DNA of 63,054 bases, filler included, from Licmophora abbreviata (lineage: Eukaryota): NCBI GenBank assembly GCA_900291995.1. It is 12 parts of 12 records of this genome, joined end to end, with 100 filler letters (N's around TTAATTAATTAA, not from the genome) between each part and the next. Parts side by side here need not be neighbours in the genome. Positions count along the whole stretch, not along the records: positions 33,611 to 36,610 come from OLMU01002115.1; positions 36,711 to 38,020 come from OLMU01002116.1; positions 38,121 to 44,894 come from OLMU01002117.1; positions 44,995 to 59,102 come from OLMU01002118.1; 8 more parts are not named here. One strand, written 5' to 3'. The notes under the pieces are model-generated. The model made no database searches and was not told the DNA's origin. It saw nothing but the letters and a program-made list of their open reading frames with translations. The translations under genes were made by a program, and so were the position numbers. Of the stretch, positions 35,070 to 48,259 are shown in pieces (the stretch's first letter is position 1; the number at the start of each line of letters is the position of its first letter).

Positions 35070-37179
35070 TTAGGTCGAAGGGAGAATCATCTTTTCGGGT
35101 GACACAACTCCCCTGGTTCGGTTGCTCTTGGTCAGCATTCCGAACAGCTCTCTCAAGGCGATCTCAGATTCAAACATTGCCGAGGCGTTGTGTCCAGTGC
35201 CGGGAATTTCGAGGAGTTTATGGGTTGGTTCGCCGTAAAGATCCTCAAGGTATTGCATGTATTGATATCCTCGAGTTCGGCGGCAGGGTCCTTGCAACAT
35301 GGCTGGGCACCTCGTGTCCATCTAGAGACGACACGGAAGAGGGAGCGTCAGTCGAATCACTAGCACAATCAGAGCAAACGATTGCAATCCTACTAGCCAT
35401 AACGGATGAGTACTTACCTGGTTGCGGAAGCACGGCCACTCGTCCTCAGCATAGTTCTCCCTCTTCCAACAGCTTGCATCACACACAGGAAGTCCATCAT
35501 TACACGTGTCATTCTGTCCCACCAAGTACACAACGTGAAGCTTACGATAGACACGAAGCGCTCGCTCAACACCCAGAAAGCCATCGCGCAACGCGTATGG
35601 GATGTTTCGTCCGAGCTTGTCAGCAAAAGATCCTATCCCGTAAGGCCACCTGCGATGGGAGCAGTAATATTGATGTGAGCGGAGGACAAGATCACGACTC
35701 CAGACTGACACACGTTACAGGGGACCTCTTACCTGTTATACGTCCAGACGTAGCAAGGATGTTTCGTACCGGCAGTATAAGAATGAGGCCTCGACAGCTT
35801 TGAGTAGGGAGGAGAAGGGGTGCACTCTTTGCTGCAAGTACAGTTGCGGGTGTTGCACTCGCAGTCTCCACAATTGTACTCGAAGCGGCGATCGTCCAGA
35901 TAGGTGTAGGAGGACGGGTTGGCAATCACAAACTCCAAATCAACTTCCTCGTCGTAATCCCAGAGTGCCGCAAACACGCTCATGACAGCGTATCGTTGGA
36001 CCATTTGTCCTCCTGTTGAATACCGGTAGACAAAGAAAAGAAGTTAGAGGACGGACAAGCACTGCGCCTGTCACCGCGTCTTGCACGTACCGGCAGAATG
36101 TCCGACATACGAGATCTTTCGCATTTTCGGAAAGAGTCGTTTGTTGGTCAGGAGTCCTAGCATATGATCCAGCACAGTAAAGCTTGAAACCGTTGTACCA
36201 GACTTGCCGCAGCAATTCGGATCACTCTCCGCCCCGACTCTCCAGTCGCCCCACGGCTTCGAGGAATTCCAAAAGGCATCCCGTGGGTGCACCAGTTCAT
36301 CTTTCTCGTAGTTGAAATCTGGTGCAATCACAAGAATATCGTTAAAGTTACGATAGTTCTGTTTGAGCATGAGCTGCTTGAACGAGCAGAAGTAATCTTG
36401 GGCATCCCTCATAGCTCCGTGCTGGATGAACAGGGCCATAGTCTGGTTGCCCCCCGAGCGTAGCAGCTGCGATGAGTGGTAAGGGAAAGTAATATTGCCA
36501 TACATCTGCAGGCGATACACGCGGAGACAATTCTCATCGTACGTGACGCTAGGATCATCAGAGTTTAGAAACCCTTCTTCGATAGAATTCGTGACCTCGA
36601 TCGTCGACATNNNNNNNNNNNNNNNNNNNNNNNNNNNNNNNNNNNNNNNNNNNNTTAATTAATTAANNNNNNNNNNNNNNNNNNNNNNNNNNNNNNNNNN
36701 NNNNNNNNNNAATTCGTGACCTCGATCGTCGACATGCGACGCCGGGCACCAGCTCCAGCTAGATTGTCGCAGGCTGTCTGCCAGTCAATTCCTTGGCAGC
36801 GCTTGACGCGTTCCGCTGCCGCTGCAGCATGAGCTCGAATGGCAGCCTGTAATTTTTGCTCCTTCCGAATGGGCATCATGATGCGCCGATAGGCTACTGT
36901 GGATCCGGCATATACCAGCAAACCCACCGTAACACACAAGACGATGCTGAGGGTGATGTTGAGAGCATGGCGTTTCTTAGATCGGGTACTTTCCATGGCG
37001 TTGCGGAAGTTCTTGAAAGGCATGTTGAAAACATCGGGAATCTCGGTGTAGCCATTTTTCACCCGAGTCGTCGCGTTCAGTCCAGGTGTCACTCCACCCA
37101 CAAGAGAGCTCTTGCGACTGGGATATCCCGGGCCTCCACGGACCTCAACGGGACCGTCGGCTATTTCAAAGTCGTCCAT
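35070..37179 (-). CDS. Type II membrane alpha/beta-hydrolase (bacterial-like), multi-exon, spans a gap
   Basis: N-terminal TM, FIQHGAMR, nucleophile elbow GHSAG|GQMVQRYA split by an intron, VIANPSSY, YLVGQND and C-terminal IPGTGHNASAMF. Confidence 0.8.
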
Positions 37180-37585
37180 GAGTGAATGGGCTTCGACGTG
37201 TAGTGCACCAGTAGCTAGTGTGAATAGTGATGTTCCTTATTGTGCTAGTTCCTCTGTGCTGCGTGAAGTCGCAACATGAAATGGAAGAAAGATCCGTCGA
37301 ATCTTCGGAAGTTTGGAAGCATCACTTTTTCGCGCTCCGCAGCAACGAATCCAGTGAGTCCCGGAAAGACTCGACTTGTCTTCTGTTCGAGTCGAGTCAC
37401 GGGCTAGTCTACATTAGAACCCGGAAGTTCCGTGCATATCTCGTCGTCTTTCTCGCATGACAAAAATGAGGGACAAGATTCGAAACTGACTTCTCAGTTG
37501 ATCGCGGTCTCCATACTGTAGTCTACAATTGTTAACAGTGGCGATAGCAAATCTCTCTGCGCTTTCAGACTAGTCTTTACCATTC

Positions 37586-40500
37586 ATGATGGCGTCGAAT
37601 GAGAGCGACGAGATAAGGCAGCTTGAAATCAGCTCGCTCATGGGAAATGATGAAGCGGAATCGCCTCATTTCAGAGCAGTAATGCGACTTCAACCTCAAA
37701 CTGTCCGTGGCCAATCTTGCAGCCTAGACTTTACGTCTGTTCAAGGCAAATTGTATGACCGAGAGCATGAGAAGGCGCTCCTGTTTCGTTCCTATGAACG
37801 GTTGATCGATAACTCTGTCGATCGTGCGCGTGAACTGGTGATCATCTCAGGATACAGTGGGACCGGCAAGACAGCTCTAGCACATACGCTGCGCCTTCCT
37901 GCGTCTCAGAGGGGAGGGATGTTTTTGGCTGGAAAGTTCGATCAGTTGCGCTCCCCGAAACCCTTCGCAGCATTTTTACAAGCATTCACTCAATATGTCG
38001 TCATAACAGTCAGCCGAGGCNNNNNNNNNNNNNNNNNNNNNNNNNNNNNNNNNNNNNNNNNNNNTTAATTAATTAANNNNNNNNNNNNNNNNNNNNNNNN
38101 NNNNNNNNNNNNNNNNNNNNGGCTGTACAGCAAGCCAAGCTGCAAATTCAGCAGGCCGTTGGGTCGGAATGTCAGCTACTTACCGACATGATTCCTTCGC
38201 TGGAGCAAATCCTGGGAAAGCAAAGTGAAGGAGCACCGGTTCCACAAGGCCCAGAAGCACAGGAGCGCTTCAAGTTCGTCATTCGACTCTTTGTTCGATC
38301 CATCTGTCAGGCACGGGCGGGCGAACGGCAACCCATCGTACTCCTCCTGGACGATTTGCAGTGGGCGGATACGGGCTCTCTCAAGTTACTTGACGCCATT
38401 ATGACGGACCCGGAGAGTCAGGAAAATTTACTGCTAGTGGGGACATGTCGACACAATGAAGTCTCTATCCAGGACGAGCTAGCAGGTACACTTAGAGAGA
38501 TGGAAGATGGCGGCATCGCTATCTTCAACATCCTGGTCACGAATCTTAGCCGAGCGGCGGTCACCGACATGCTGTGCGATCTCCTGCGCATGTCCAGTGA
38601 AGACAGCAACTCTCTTATGGAGATCATCTACAAGCAGACTAAGGGGAACGTTGTCTTTGTAATGTACTTTCTTCGATCGTTGGTCGAAGAAGGTATGCTC
38701 CACCTGGATACCGAAACATCTCAATGGAAATGGAACGGAGCTACGATTGACGAAGGCAGTATGGGTGGAGACGTTGTATCTCTCGTGGGCCGGACGATTC
38801 GCCATCTTGGAGACGGGATACAGGAGGAACTCAAAATCGCGGCATGCCTTGGTGCTGAGTTTTCCAAGGACTTGTTGTGTCATTCTCTTTCCAGTGCAGC
38901 GGAGCCCGTGGACTCTCTTCTGACAACTACGGCTGAGCTTGGATTGATGCTCTATGATCCGAAATCTGATAACATCCGTTTTGTCCACGATCGAGTCCAG
39001 CAGGCAGCATACGCACTCATTCCAGAAGACAAACGTGGCTTGTTTCATCTTAATCTCGGAAAGACAATCTGGAAGAATATCCCGGCAGAGAAAGTAGACG
39101 AATGGATATTTGTCTTGGTGAGCCAGCTTAGCCGTGGTATTTCTTTGGTAAAGCGCCAGAAGGAAAAGTATCGAATGTCTGCGTTGTTCTTGAAAGCCGG
39201 TGAGAAGGCTGTTCTTTCGTCTGCATTTGCGACGTCGGCTACGTACTTTCAACTCGGCATCGACTTGCTTGGTGAAGAGTGTTGGCGTGAGGAATATTAC
39301 CTGAGCTTGGCCCTTTACGATGGTGCCGCTGAGGTCGCATATTGCAACGGCGATTTCGAAGAGGTAGATCGATGTATTGCACAAGTGTTGGAAAACGCTG
39401 ACTCATTTCGTGACAAGCTTCGCGCGTGCTCCACTCAGGTGTACGCCCTTGGAGCACGGGATCGGCTGGACGAGGCGATCGATGTTGCATTCGAGGTTCT
39501 TCGACTGCTCAGTGAACCTTTCCCTCCTACCGTCAGCACCGCGACGCTTGTGATGGAAGTTATGCGGACAAAATGGATTCTTCGAGGAAAGTCAGACGAA
39601 CTGATTTTGCGACTACCGCGAATGACCGATGCCGACAAAAGTGCTGCAATGAAGATGCTAAATCTTCTCTTTCTCCATGCTTACCAGGCGCGACCGGAAT
39701 TTGTACCGCTTGTGGCACTTCGTCTGGTACGATTGACGATGCGCTTCGGCTTGTCCCCGATTTCGTCCTGCGGATTCTCCATGTATGGCATGACATTGTG
39801 TGTATCTGGAGACCCAGAGCAAGGGTATCGGTACGGGCAGCTGGCCCTTAAGATACAGGAGCTGTGTGGCGCCCCCCAGTATGTACCTCGCCTATATGCG
39901 GCTGTTTTTGGCTGCATCCATCACTGGAGCAAGCCGCTTCGGGGTTGTCTGGACAAAATTCAGGAGTACTCGAAACTGGGGTTCTTGACGGGTGATATTG
40001 AGTATGGAACATTGGGGTTAAACGTTCATTGCCTGAGCTCTCTTGATGCGGGTCTTCCCTTAGTCGATGTGGAGCAGTGGCTAAGACACAACTGTACCGT
40101 CATGACCTCCTACAATCAAGACACTGAGTTATGGCTGGCGCGCATCGTCCTGCAGGGCGTTCTCAATCTGCGGGGACAAGAGGCGAACCCACTTGAGCTC
40201 TCTGGAGAAGTCCTCGACGAGTCCGAGGCCATCACCGAAATGGTTTCCAAGAGTAACATCACATTCCTTTGCTTCATTTATATTATGAAACTGTGGAATG
40301 CCTACGTTCACGGTGAATATGAGCAGGCTGAGAAGATGGCTGCCTTGTCACGCAACGTGGCTCAGGCCGTCTTCTGTTCGTTCGACGTAAGCGTGCAGTG
40401 TTTTCTCGATGGTATGACGTCGCTCGCCCTTGCCCAGCAGAATCATCGCAGCGCCGATATCAAGGTGGCTCGTAGCTGTCTGAAACGCATGACTCATTGG

Positions 40501-40809
40501 GCCAAGCACTGTCCCTCAAACTACCTTCATAAGCGTTACCTGATGGAGGCCGAGTTTGCCGTATTGCGAGGCAAGCATGACTTGGCAATGGAGAAGTTCA
40601 CTAGTGGTATTGTACTGGCCAAAGAGCAAGAGTTTGTGCATGAACAAGCTATTGGCCACGAGCGAATGGGATTGTACCTTCTACGACGGGGTGACACTGT
40701 GGCGGCCGAATCTGAGCTGCGCAAGGCGGTCGACGTCTATGAGGCTTGGGGCGCCGTGGGGAAAGTCGTCACAATGAGAGAGAAGCTGCCTTTTCTCGAC
40801 GGGCAGTAG
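37586..40809 (+). CDS. STAND-class AAA ATPase with TPR-like helical region (multi-sensor kinase ATPase type); spans a gap
   Basis: Walker A GYSGTGKT, GKFDQL, Walker B LLLDDLQWAD, TKGN, FVHDRVQQAAY and C-terminal YEAWGAVGKV. Confidence 0.85.
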
Positions 40810-40861
40810 ATACTTTGTTAGAGTTAAAGTGTTGTAAATCATGTGTCGTGAAATAGAAGAC

Positions 40862-41908
40862 TCAAGTCTTTTCGCCGTCACCCTTTGCACCGTCCTGTTC
40901 CTCGTCGACTTGCATTGCCTCTGAACTACCATTTTGATTCTCTTGCTGTTGTTTCTTTTCTTCCATATGCTTGTCGTATTCTTCTTGTGCCGCCAATGCC
41001 GCATTCCGCTGTAGTTCGTTGCGGTTGACTGTCCCCAAGGCTGCCGCTGAGACTGTATCATGTAGGTACGTCGTAGACAAGACATCGCCACCACAGCTGC
41101 GACTACTACGTTCACCACTGCTATTGAAAAAGAAGCCTGGATCGACGCCAGCACGGACACGACTTTTATAAGCTTGTAAGACATGGTGTGGTGTCAGTGC
41201 CTCCTCTTCCGAAACCCCCTCGGCATAACTGGCCACCCGACGTGCGGCCGTGACCAATCGCTGCGCATACGCCTTGGCACAGGTCGATACCACTGCCGTG
41301 ATTTCCTCCGCCTGCCCCGGAGTGACCATTTCTTCAAGCGACGCCCTCCTGTGGCCATTGTTAGTCGAATGCGTAGGAAAGGACTGTTGCAAGGCACGTG
41401 TATAGGTAGGATCTGTCACTCCCAGACTTCTGGCACTCGTGAGCTGGCGCGTCTTTTCCGTTCGCGCGTAAGCTCGCTCCTGATGTGTTTGGAGGCAGTG
41501 TGCAATGTATCTCGAAACACTATTACTACTGAAGGTAGAGCGCCGAAAGGCTTCGAAGCGAGATTGTTCGAGTCGGTGAAAGGTGGAGAGAACCTGACCC
41601 ATGGTGGCGCCTTCCTTTGTTGCCGTAGTGCGTGCGGTGCCCGACGACGAGTCATCCTGCTGGTGGCGAGAAGAAGACGATCCAGTCTTTTTTCCCTTGT
41701 CGTTCTTTTTGCCTTTCTTTTGTTTCTTTTTCAGTGGTTTTTCGAGACCTGTATAGAAAGAGGAGCACGGGAGAGCGAGCGTGAGGCAATGTGTGCCACC
41801 CGAACTACGAGCTGCTAGCAGGAAGAGGACAGGGACACATTCTACATTGAACATGATGCACCCACCTTTCGACTCGGTTCTCGGTCGTTTTATGGACCTC
41901 TGATCCAT
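40862..41908 (-). CDS. TAF11: TFIID subunit TAF11-like histone-fold protein
   Basis: EQSRFEAFRRS, VSTCAKAYAQRLVTAARRV and LTPHHVLQAY. Probable in-frame intron at 41749-41865. Confidence 0.75.
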   Translation of the reverse strand: MDQRSIKRPRTESKGGCIMFNVECVPVLFLLAARSSGGTHCLTLALPCSSFYTGLEKPLKKKQKKGKKNDKGKKTGSSSSRHQQDDSSSGTARTTATKEGATMGQVLSTFHRLEQSRFEAFRRSTFSSNSVSRYIAHCLQTHQERAYARTEKTRQLTSARSLGVTDPTYTRALQQSFPTHSTNNGHRRASLEEMVTPGQAEEITAVVSTCAKAYAQRLVTAARRVASYAEGVSEEEALTPHHVLQAYKSRVRAGVDPGFFFNSSGERSSRSCGGDVLSTTYLHDTVSAAALGTVNRNELQRNAALAAQEEYDKHMEEKKQQQENQNGSSEAMQVDEEQDGAKGDGEKT

Positions 41909-42160
41909 CTTAAGCTCGATCAGCTTTCTGCATGCAGAGTGAAGATTCTAATAGTCCGCTGATATCAAGCAAGAAAGACTTTGGTTCGTACAAACAAGCC
42001 GTCGTCCTGCTCATCACTCGCATCATGGCGAGAAGCGTAAAGAGTAAAAATTGATTTCGAAACGTCGTCTCTCTGATGGTGTTCCGAAAATGACGTCATG
42101 AGCGAACTCTAGGGTGCAATTACTATAGAAAATGCGAAGACAGCACAATTTCTCGTGACC

Positions 42161-42891
42161 ATGAGGATGATGGCGACGCCGGCGACAACGACCAACGCGA
42201 CGCCTGTGTACCAGCACGGCGAGCCCTCCGAGGGCATGATGTGTCTTTGTACTATGGAAGATATTACACTGGAGGACGGAAATTATGGTAAGCTGGGGTG
42301 AAGAAATTGAAGAACGAAGATGGCGTCATACTCACACCCCTCGCTCTTGGCTTTCTACGTGCCGTGGTCGTTTCATTTTATTCACTGCGTGCTAAACAGT
42401 TGAATATCAGTGCTATCCATCCATGAAATGGAAGCCGGCCTTGTATGAAAAGAGTACTATCGAGGAGGTGCGTTCCAATCATGGATGTGGTCTCGCAGTG
42501 TGGGCTTGGAACAAACAATTGCACGGTGCTCAACATTCATCTTGTTTCTCCGCTCTATCGTTAGTTACTCCAGACGCAGTTTCAACAGTATGTCAATCGA
42601 GTCAAAGAAACCGACTGCCAGGCCGAATTGCGACGACTTCTTGCTAAAGGTCCACCAATTTACGTGAGCGACAAGCATGCGCTCCCACTAGATGACGACG
42701 ATGATGATGACGACGAGTATGTTTGCAGGCTGTGGTTTGCCGATACCAATACCGAAGTCAGTAGCAAGCTGCAGGGTGCGTTGGAAGGAAAGGAACGAGA
42801 GGAATTGTGGGAGTCACTGAAGGAGTTTATCATAGTGGAAGGAAAGGAAGAAGGGGATGACGAGGAGACAGATGAGAATGGAGAGGCCTAG
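42161..42891 (+). CDS. Small multi-exon hypothetical protein
   Basis: Spliced reading CLCTMEDITLEDGNY|VEYQCYPSMKWKPA...|QFQQYVNRVKKTDCQAELRRLLAKGPPIYVSD, with two GT-AG introns. Confidence 0.6.
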
Positions 42892-42950
42892 TAGTCGTGT
42901 CGTTTGCAATTATTCATTAGTCTAGAGTTATGTACTACTTCCGAGTCATA

Positions 42951-44017
42951 CTAGCTCGATGGGACAGACAGGGCTTGTCCCACACTGGACGGCAGTAGCA
43001 ACGATGTGACTGCTTGATGCCCATATGTTACCACTCCGGATACTGCCGTCTTGACGGTCGCTTGCACGTTCCTTTCCACAGACCTGCGCAATGCCCCCTG
43101 ACTTCCCCGTCGAATCGCTGTATCGACAAAGGCGTGCAAGTGACGAAAGAGTGACGACAAGCCTCCTGCATTTACTGCACTTTTCCCATGTGTTGACTGC
43201 GATGATGATGATGCCTGATGCTGTGCGTTTGGAAGTACATGACCAAGTCTCTTGCCCACAAATCTCCACACTCTCTTCCAGGCCTCGACGAGGAGCATCT
43301 TGTGAAAGGTTTCCCATGCGAGCGGCAGTATTGTTTGAGTGACGTAATTGTCAAAGTTCTGTTGCGATACGATGTGAAAGACTGCCATGACATCGACCCA
43401 CAGATACTCCCGGTGTCCTTCGAAAGCACCCGTCGTTCCCGACCAGCCCAGCCACATCCAGGGTACCAGAACGGCGAGTGACGATGCCATTGACGTGAGC
43501 GTATCCACAAAGACTTTTGGAGTCAAGAATGCCGATGCCACAGCAGCAAGGACCAGAGATGAAACTGCAAGAACTGCACCCTGATGAAGTGCAGTGGTGG
43601 CAGTTGGCATCGCCTGATATGTCTGTCGTGTCGTCCATACGACCTCGTCCTCTGCGAGCGCGAGACGTTTCACAAAGTCAGTCTTTGTGTCAATCCTCTT
43701 GTCGCCATCAGAGTCGGATTTCAATATTAAGTAATCCATGTATTCTGCCATTGTCATTTGATCGTTCATGCGATGACGGGATGTCGTCTCGTCCTTTCGT
43801 CCTTTCGGTCGCATCGCTGCTTTGGTAGACGCGAGCGTGCGGAGCGACCCGAGTTGGCGTCGTCCTTCGCCCACTATTTCGGGGGGTTCCAGGTTTTGAG
43901 CGCTGGTATTTTGTACAAGGGAGGAAACCAACAGTACTGTGGCGAGGCCTGAGCGCCCCACACCACTGCACAACTGCCGTAGGCGGCGACGACCTGGAAT
44001 ATTCGAAATCGTCATGG
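42951..44017 (-). CDS. Hypothetical membrane protein
   Basis: Long ORF with several hydrophobic segments. No family recognised. Confidence 0.55.
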
Positions 44018-44178
44018 TCACCAAGAAAGTGAAGGACTCAAAAAATCGCGAGAAACTGTGGCGCGCGAACAGTCTGCCTGTCGCGCCTGAGTCGTGGATA
44101 TGCGCCACGGTCGAAATGTCAGTCCACGTCATCAAAGGAACCCGAGACCTTTTCGAGACTCAACGGACGCGCATAATT

Positions 44179-44206
44179 AAATCTCAAATCTCAAATCTCA
44201 AATCTC
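44179..44206 (+). repeat. (AAATCTC)4 microsatellite in a divergent promoter
   Basis: Four exact 7-bp units. Confidence 0.85.
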
Positions 44207-44380
44207 ACAATTTTTGTCGAGCGTCCGCTTCGATCGTGCCACCAAGAGACGACGGCGACTAGTACAGATGCCGCTCTGATCACCGCACATGCAAGTATCA
44301 CTCACTCACGAACGTTCCGAAGCTTGTTGACAGAGTACTGGCGTCTGTGAGTAGAAGAAAGGGGGGTCCAGGAATCAGCC

Positions 44381-47300
44381 ATGACGACGCGTAGAAGAAG
44401 TTCCGTCCGGACCGTGAACATATTTGCGCGCTACTATTACTGGGCAGCGGTGTTGGCCCTAGTGACTAGTACGAGTATTCTGACGACGTTCGCTCAAGTT
44501 CCAGTGCTGGGAAAATCAAATACGAAGTCCTCTCAGTCAGAAACGCGCAAGCTCAAAGTGTCACCAGATCAGCTTCATACACTTCACAAGGCAGCCGAAT
44601 CAAAGCTGCTCCGGGATGCAAAGTCTTTGTCCAAGTCCGCCGCTTCAGAAGAGTCCTATTCGGGCGATGGGGTTTCCAGCAGTACCATCTTGACCGTCGA
44701 AGGAGACATGACTCCCATGTTTCTGTGTCCAAAGGATGATACGACATGCAGTGCATCGGCCAAGCTTCAGCAAGACGCCATCATTTCTCAGATCCAATCG
44801 GCGTATCCCGGTGCGCAGGTCGTCTCACAAAGCTTCAAGCTGGTCAATGCTGTCTTTATGAAGATGCCAAGTGTAACTTCCGAGACTGCGCAGGNNNNNN
44901 NNNNNNNNNNNNNNNNNNNNNNNNNNNNNNNNNNNNNNTTAATTAATTAANNNNNNNNNNNNNNNNNNNNNNNNNNNNNNNNNNNNNNNNNNNNAAGCTA
45001 TCAAAGCTTGTCGGAGTGCGTCAAGTTTTGCCCCATACGACATACTATCCCTTGTTGAACGAGACCGTGGCACATATTGGCGGCGTCCAAGCACAGACGA
45101 CCTACTGTGCGACCGGAAGAGGGGTCAAGGTGGCAGTACTGGATTCGGGGATTGATTATACACACGAGGCGATGGGAGGACCAGGAACGAACGCTTCATA
45201 TCAGCGAGCCTTTGGGAGGAATATTTACGATGCCCGAAACCGAGTGCCGGACGGCTTTCCTACAGACAAAGTGTATGGCGGCATTGATCTCTTGGGCGAT
45301 GTGTGGGATGACTTCCGATTACCAGTTTCGGACTTGGATCCTATCGATGCTCCAGGGGGACATGGAACTTCCGTGGCTTCCAACATTGCGGCGGTGGCAC
45401 CTGATGCTACCTTTCTGGCGGTCAAAGTGTGCGGGACGGCAGCCACTGCGGGATGTCCTTCGTTTGCCTTAGTGGGAGGGATAGAGTATGCATTAGATCC
45501 CAACAATGATGGAAGCTTTGACGACAAGGTACGCAACGCAGGATTGAAGAAAAGATTAGTTCGCGTGTAGTGGTGGTGTCTAGTCGGACGCTGTCTTACT
45601 CACCGTCTCTGTCCTACCGCAATCGCAGGTTGACATTATCAACATGTCACTCGGTACTTTCATTCTCTCGTCGTTCTATGACATTACGTCATTCGCGTTG
45701 GAGAACGCTTTCAAACTAGGAGTGTTGGCAGTGGTAGCGGGAGGCAACAGTGGAAATCTACCGTACATTGTGGGCTCCCCAGCGTCGACCGCTAATGCTA
45801 TTGCTGTTGGAGCAACTGGCTATCCCGGAAGCGAGTTGCGAGGCGTTATGGAATGGTACTCATCAAGAGGTCCAGGCGAGTTCAATCGATTAAAACCCGA
45901 TATAAGTGCGCCATCGCGGTCTCTTGCTGCCAACGCTGGCACTGGCAACGGATACGAGTCAGCCGCTGGTACATCGTTCTCGGCACCGGTTGCAGCAGGA
46001 GCTGCAGCGCTTCTTAAGGAAAAGTGTCGTGACTGCTCTCCGCTGGCCATCAAGGCGCTGCTCATGAACAATGCCAATCGCAATGTCAAAGCTACGAATA
46101 CGACTGATGAGGTGGCCCCCGTGACGCTCATGGGAAGTGGCGAATTGCGAATAGATGCTGCTCTGGAGGCTGACTTCTGGGCATATTCGCCGGACGTGGG
46201 CGATGTGCAGCCTTCGCTTAGTCTCGGTCTTGTCGACGCAGCGGAGGATACTGTCGTTCGTCGAACTATTACAGTCAGGAGTCTGACAGAGGTATCACAG
46301 AGACTCGACATCAGCTACGTTTTTCGTGATCCTAATGACGAAACGTCGGGGGCGCTCGAGATCGTTGCGAACCCTCCTTCTGTACTTCTTGATGGCTGCT
46401 CCAGCGAGGCGACATTTGAGATCGAGTTTCGTGTGGACGCATCTAACGCTCCAACCAACTTTATGGGATCAGGAGGTCTGCTTGGGTCGGATCCAAAGTC
46501 ATTGGACAAGAATGAATTCGATGGTCATATTCTCATAGAGTCGGCGGCGACCGGAAAAGAGATTGGCCTCCCCTTTCTAATGCTGCTTCGTCAAGCATCG
46601 GAGGTGACCCTCGATGATCTTGATTTGCCTCGGTCGTCCATTTTTAGCAGCGTTTCGTCGACGACGCGAATAACACTGGAGAACAAGGGTTCTGGAATAG
46701 CACAGATCGATGCTTTCACCTTACTGGGCACAAGCGAGGACGACCCAGAGGCGTCGCACGGGGAAGAAAATTTGCCAGGGGACATACGCGCAGTTGGCTA
46801 TCGTACTTTGGAAGTGCAATCGCCTGGCTGCTCCTACATGTTGGAGTTCGTCGTCACGTTCTGGGAGCGCAAGGCTCATCTGATCCCGACATATGGTCTC
46901 GTGCTTATGGATATGGATGGGGACCTAGTCGCAGACTACGCACTCATCCCATCTGGCCTTCGTAACGTCACTGGCGAAATCTTCGACTTTGAATTGGGAA
47001 AGTTTAGGTGTACAGGATTTCCCATTGACCATGCAACGAGCACGACGAATTTGGTTCTTCGAACTTGCGCAGAGGACGTCGGCCTATCTTCCCAAGAAGA
47101 GCGAACTATTACGATCGCCTTTCTTGCACAAGCCATACCATCTACCGAAGACTTTACGGATTCTCTGGGAGACTTCCGGATAACGCTTCCTGGCTCGTCT
47201 CTGACAGCTCCGTCAGTAGACATCCACCCTGGGCAAGTTCTGGACGATTATATCATTGCGAATGAGCAGCACGGGACCTTTACGTCATCGAAAGGCGAGG

Positions 47301-47910
47301 GAGTGTTGCTACTGACGAACGCTTTCCGCAACGAGAATCGAACGGGTTCCGCCACTGCAGAAACCGAAACTTTGTTTGTCCTTCGAGAGGGTGTCAGCAT
47401 TCCAGAAGAGATAACATCTGACGGTGGCGCCTCTTTCCCAGATGCCGAAGAGACGTCAGGTCCTCAATGCGAATGGCAGGAAGAGTTCTGCTTGTTTCCC
47501 ACTCCCGCACCGATCCCACGCCCGCTTGCTACAGCTATTCCTACAGTCACGTGGACCTTTTTGCCCACCAGGACTACGGCACCAAGTCTTTCTCCTATAG
47601 AGCGTGCCGATCAACTCGACAGCCCGACTTGTACATTGGTGGACGTCCCGAGGGCTGAAGTACCGACGATCTCTCCATCCACATCATCGGCGCCCTCATC
47701 GATAACCAGCACCGCGCCCTCCGCCGCGTCTTACATCTCGAATGCACCATCAATCTTGCAAAGAGACACTGTGGATGTTGACACCCCCGTCCCCACAAGC
47801 ATCCCGACAAGTTCGTCGACAAGCGCCTCGCGAAGCTCACCCCTTTCTCAATCATGACCATGGCGGTGCTCCTCATTGGCGTTATACACTCGTTTAGTGC
47901 ATTCATATAA
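44381..47910 (+). CDS. Secreted subtilisin-like S8 protease (Vpr-like) with prodomain and S/T/P-rich stalk, probably GPI-anchored; spans a gap
   Basis: Triad VAVLDSGID / GHGTSVA / GTSFSAP, oxyanion AGGNSG and SSRGP..LKPDISAP. Intron at 45529-45628. The hydrophobic tail lies in a shifted frame to 47910. Confidence 0.88.
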
Positions 47911-48259
47911 TAGGAATGCCCCGTTATGCTATAATAGATCTTGCAAGTGCGTGTTGAGGTGCATTATCGTTGTACATGCGAAACGTATGCATCGATCGAA
48001 AGCAAAAGCAGTAACCCCTTTAGCTACCCTAAGAGGTAAACGAGAGCTTCGCGACCGATCTTCCCTATAGGTATCGGTATGTCATATGATCACCGTAAAC
48101 GTACCAAATCGAATACGAAACCCCAGGTTTGCTATTGCAAATCGGTCATCGTCGCGCACCGCTCTCTCATGGCATGCCGCAGCAGCTCAGAGTTGTATGT
48201 CGTCGTCTTACGACCTTGTCGCTTCCCTCTTCTCTTTTTAAAAGCGCATCCCTTTCACT

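Noticed and set aside
37360..37404. Inverted repeat GACTCGACT/AGTCGAGTC in a divergent promoter as a MITE or ncRNA
   Set aside because: It is short, single-copy in the window and has no TSD, so it could arise by chance.
47835..47857. Programmed ribosomal frameshifting at the various frame breaks
   Set aside because: The sites share no slippery heptamer or downstream structure, so sequencing error is more parsimonious.
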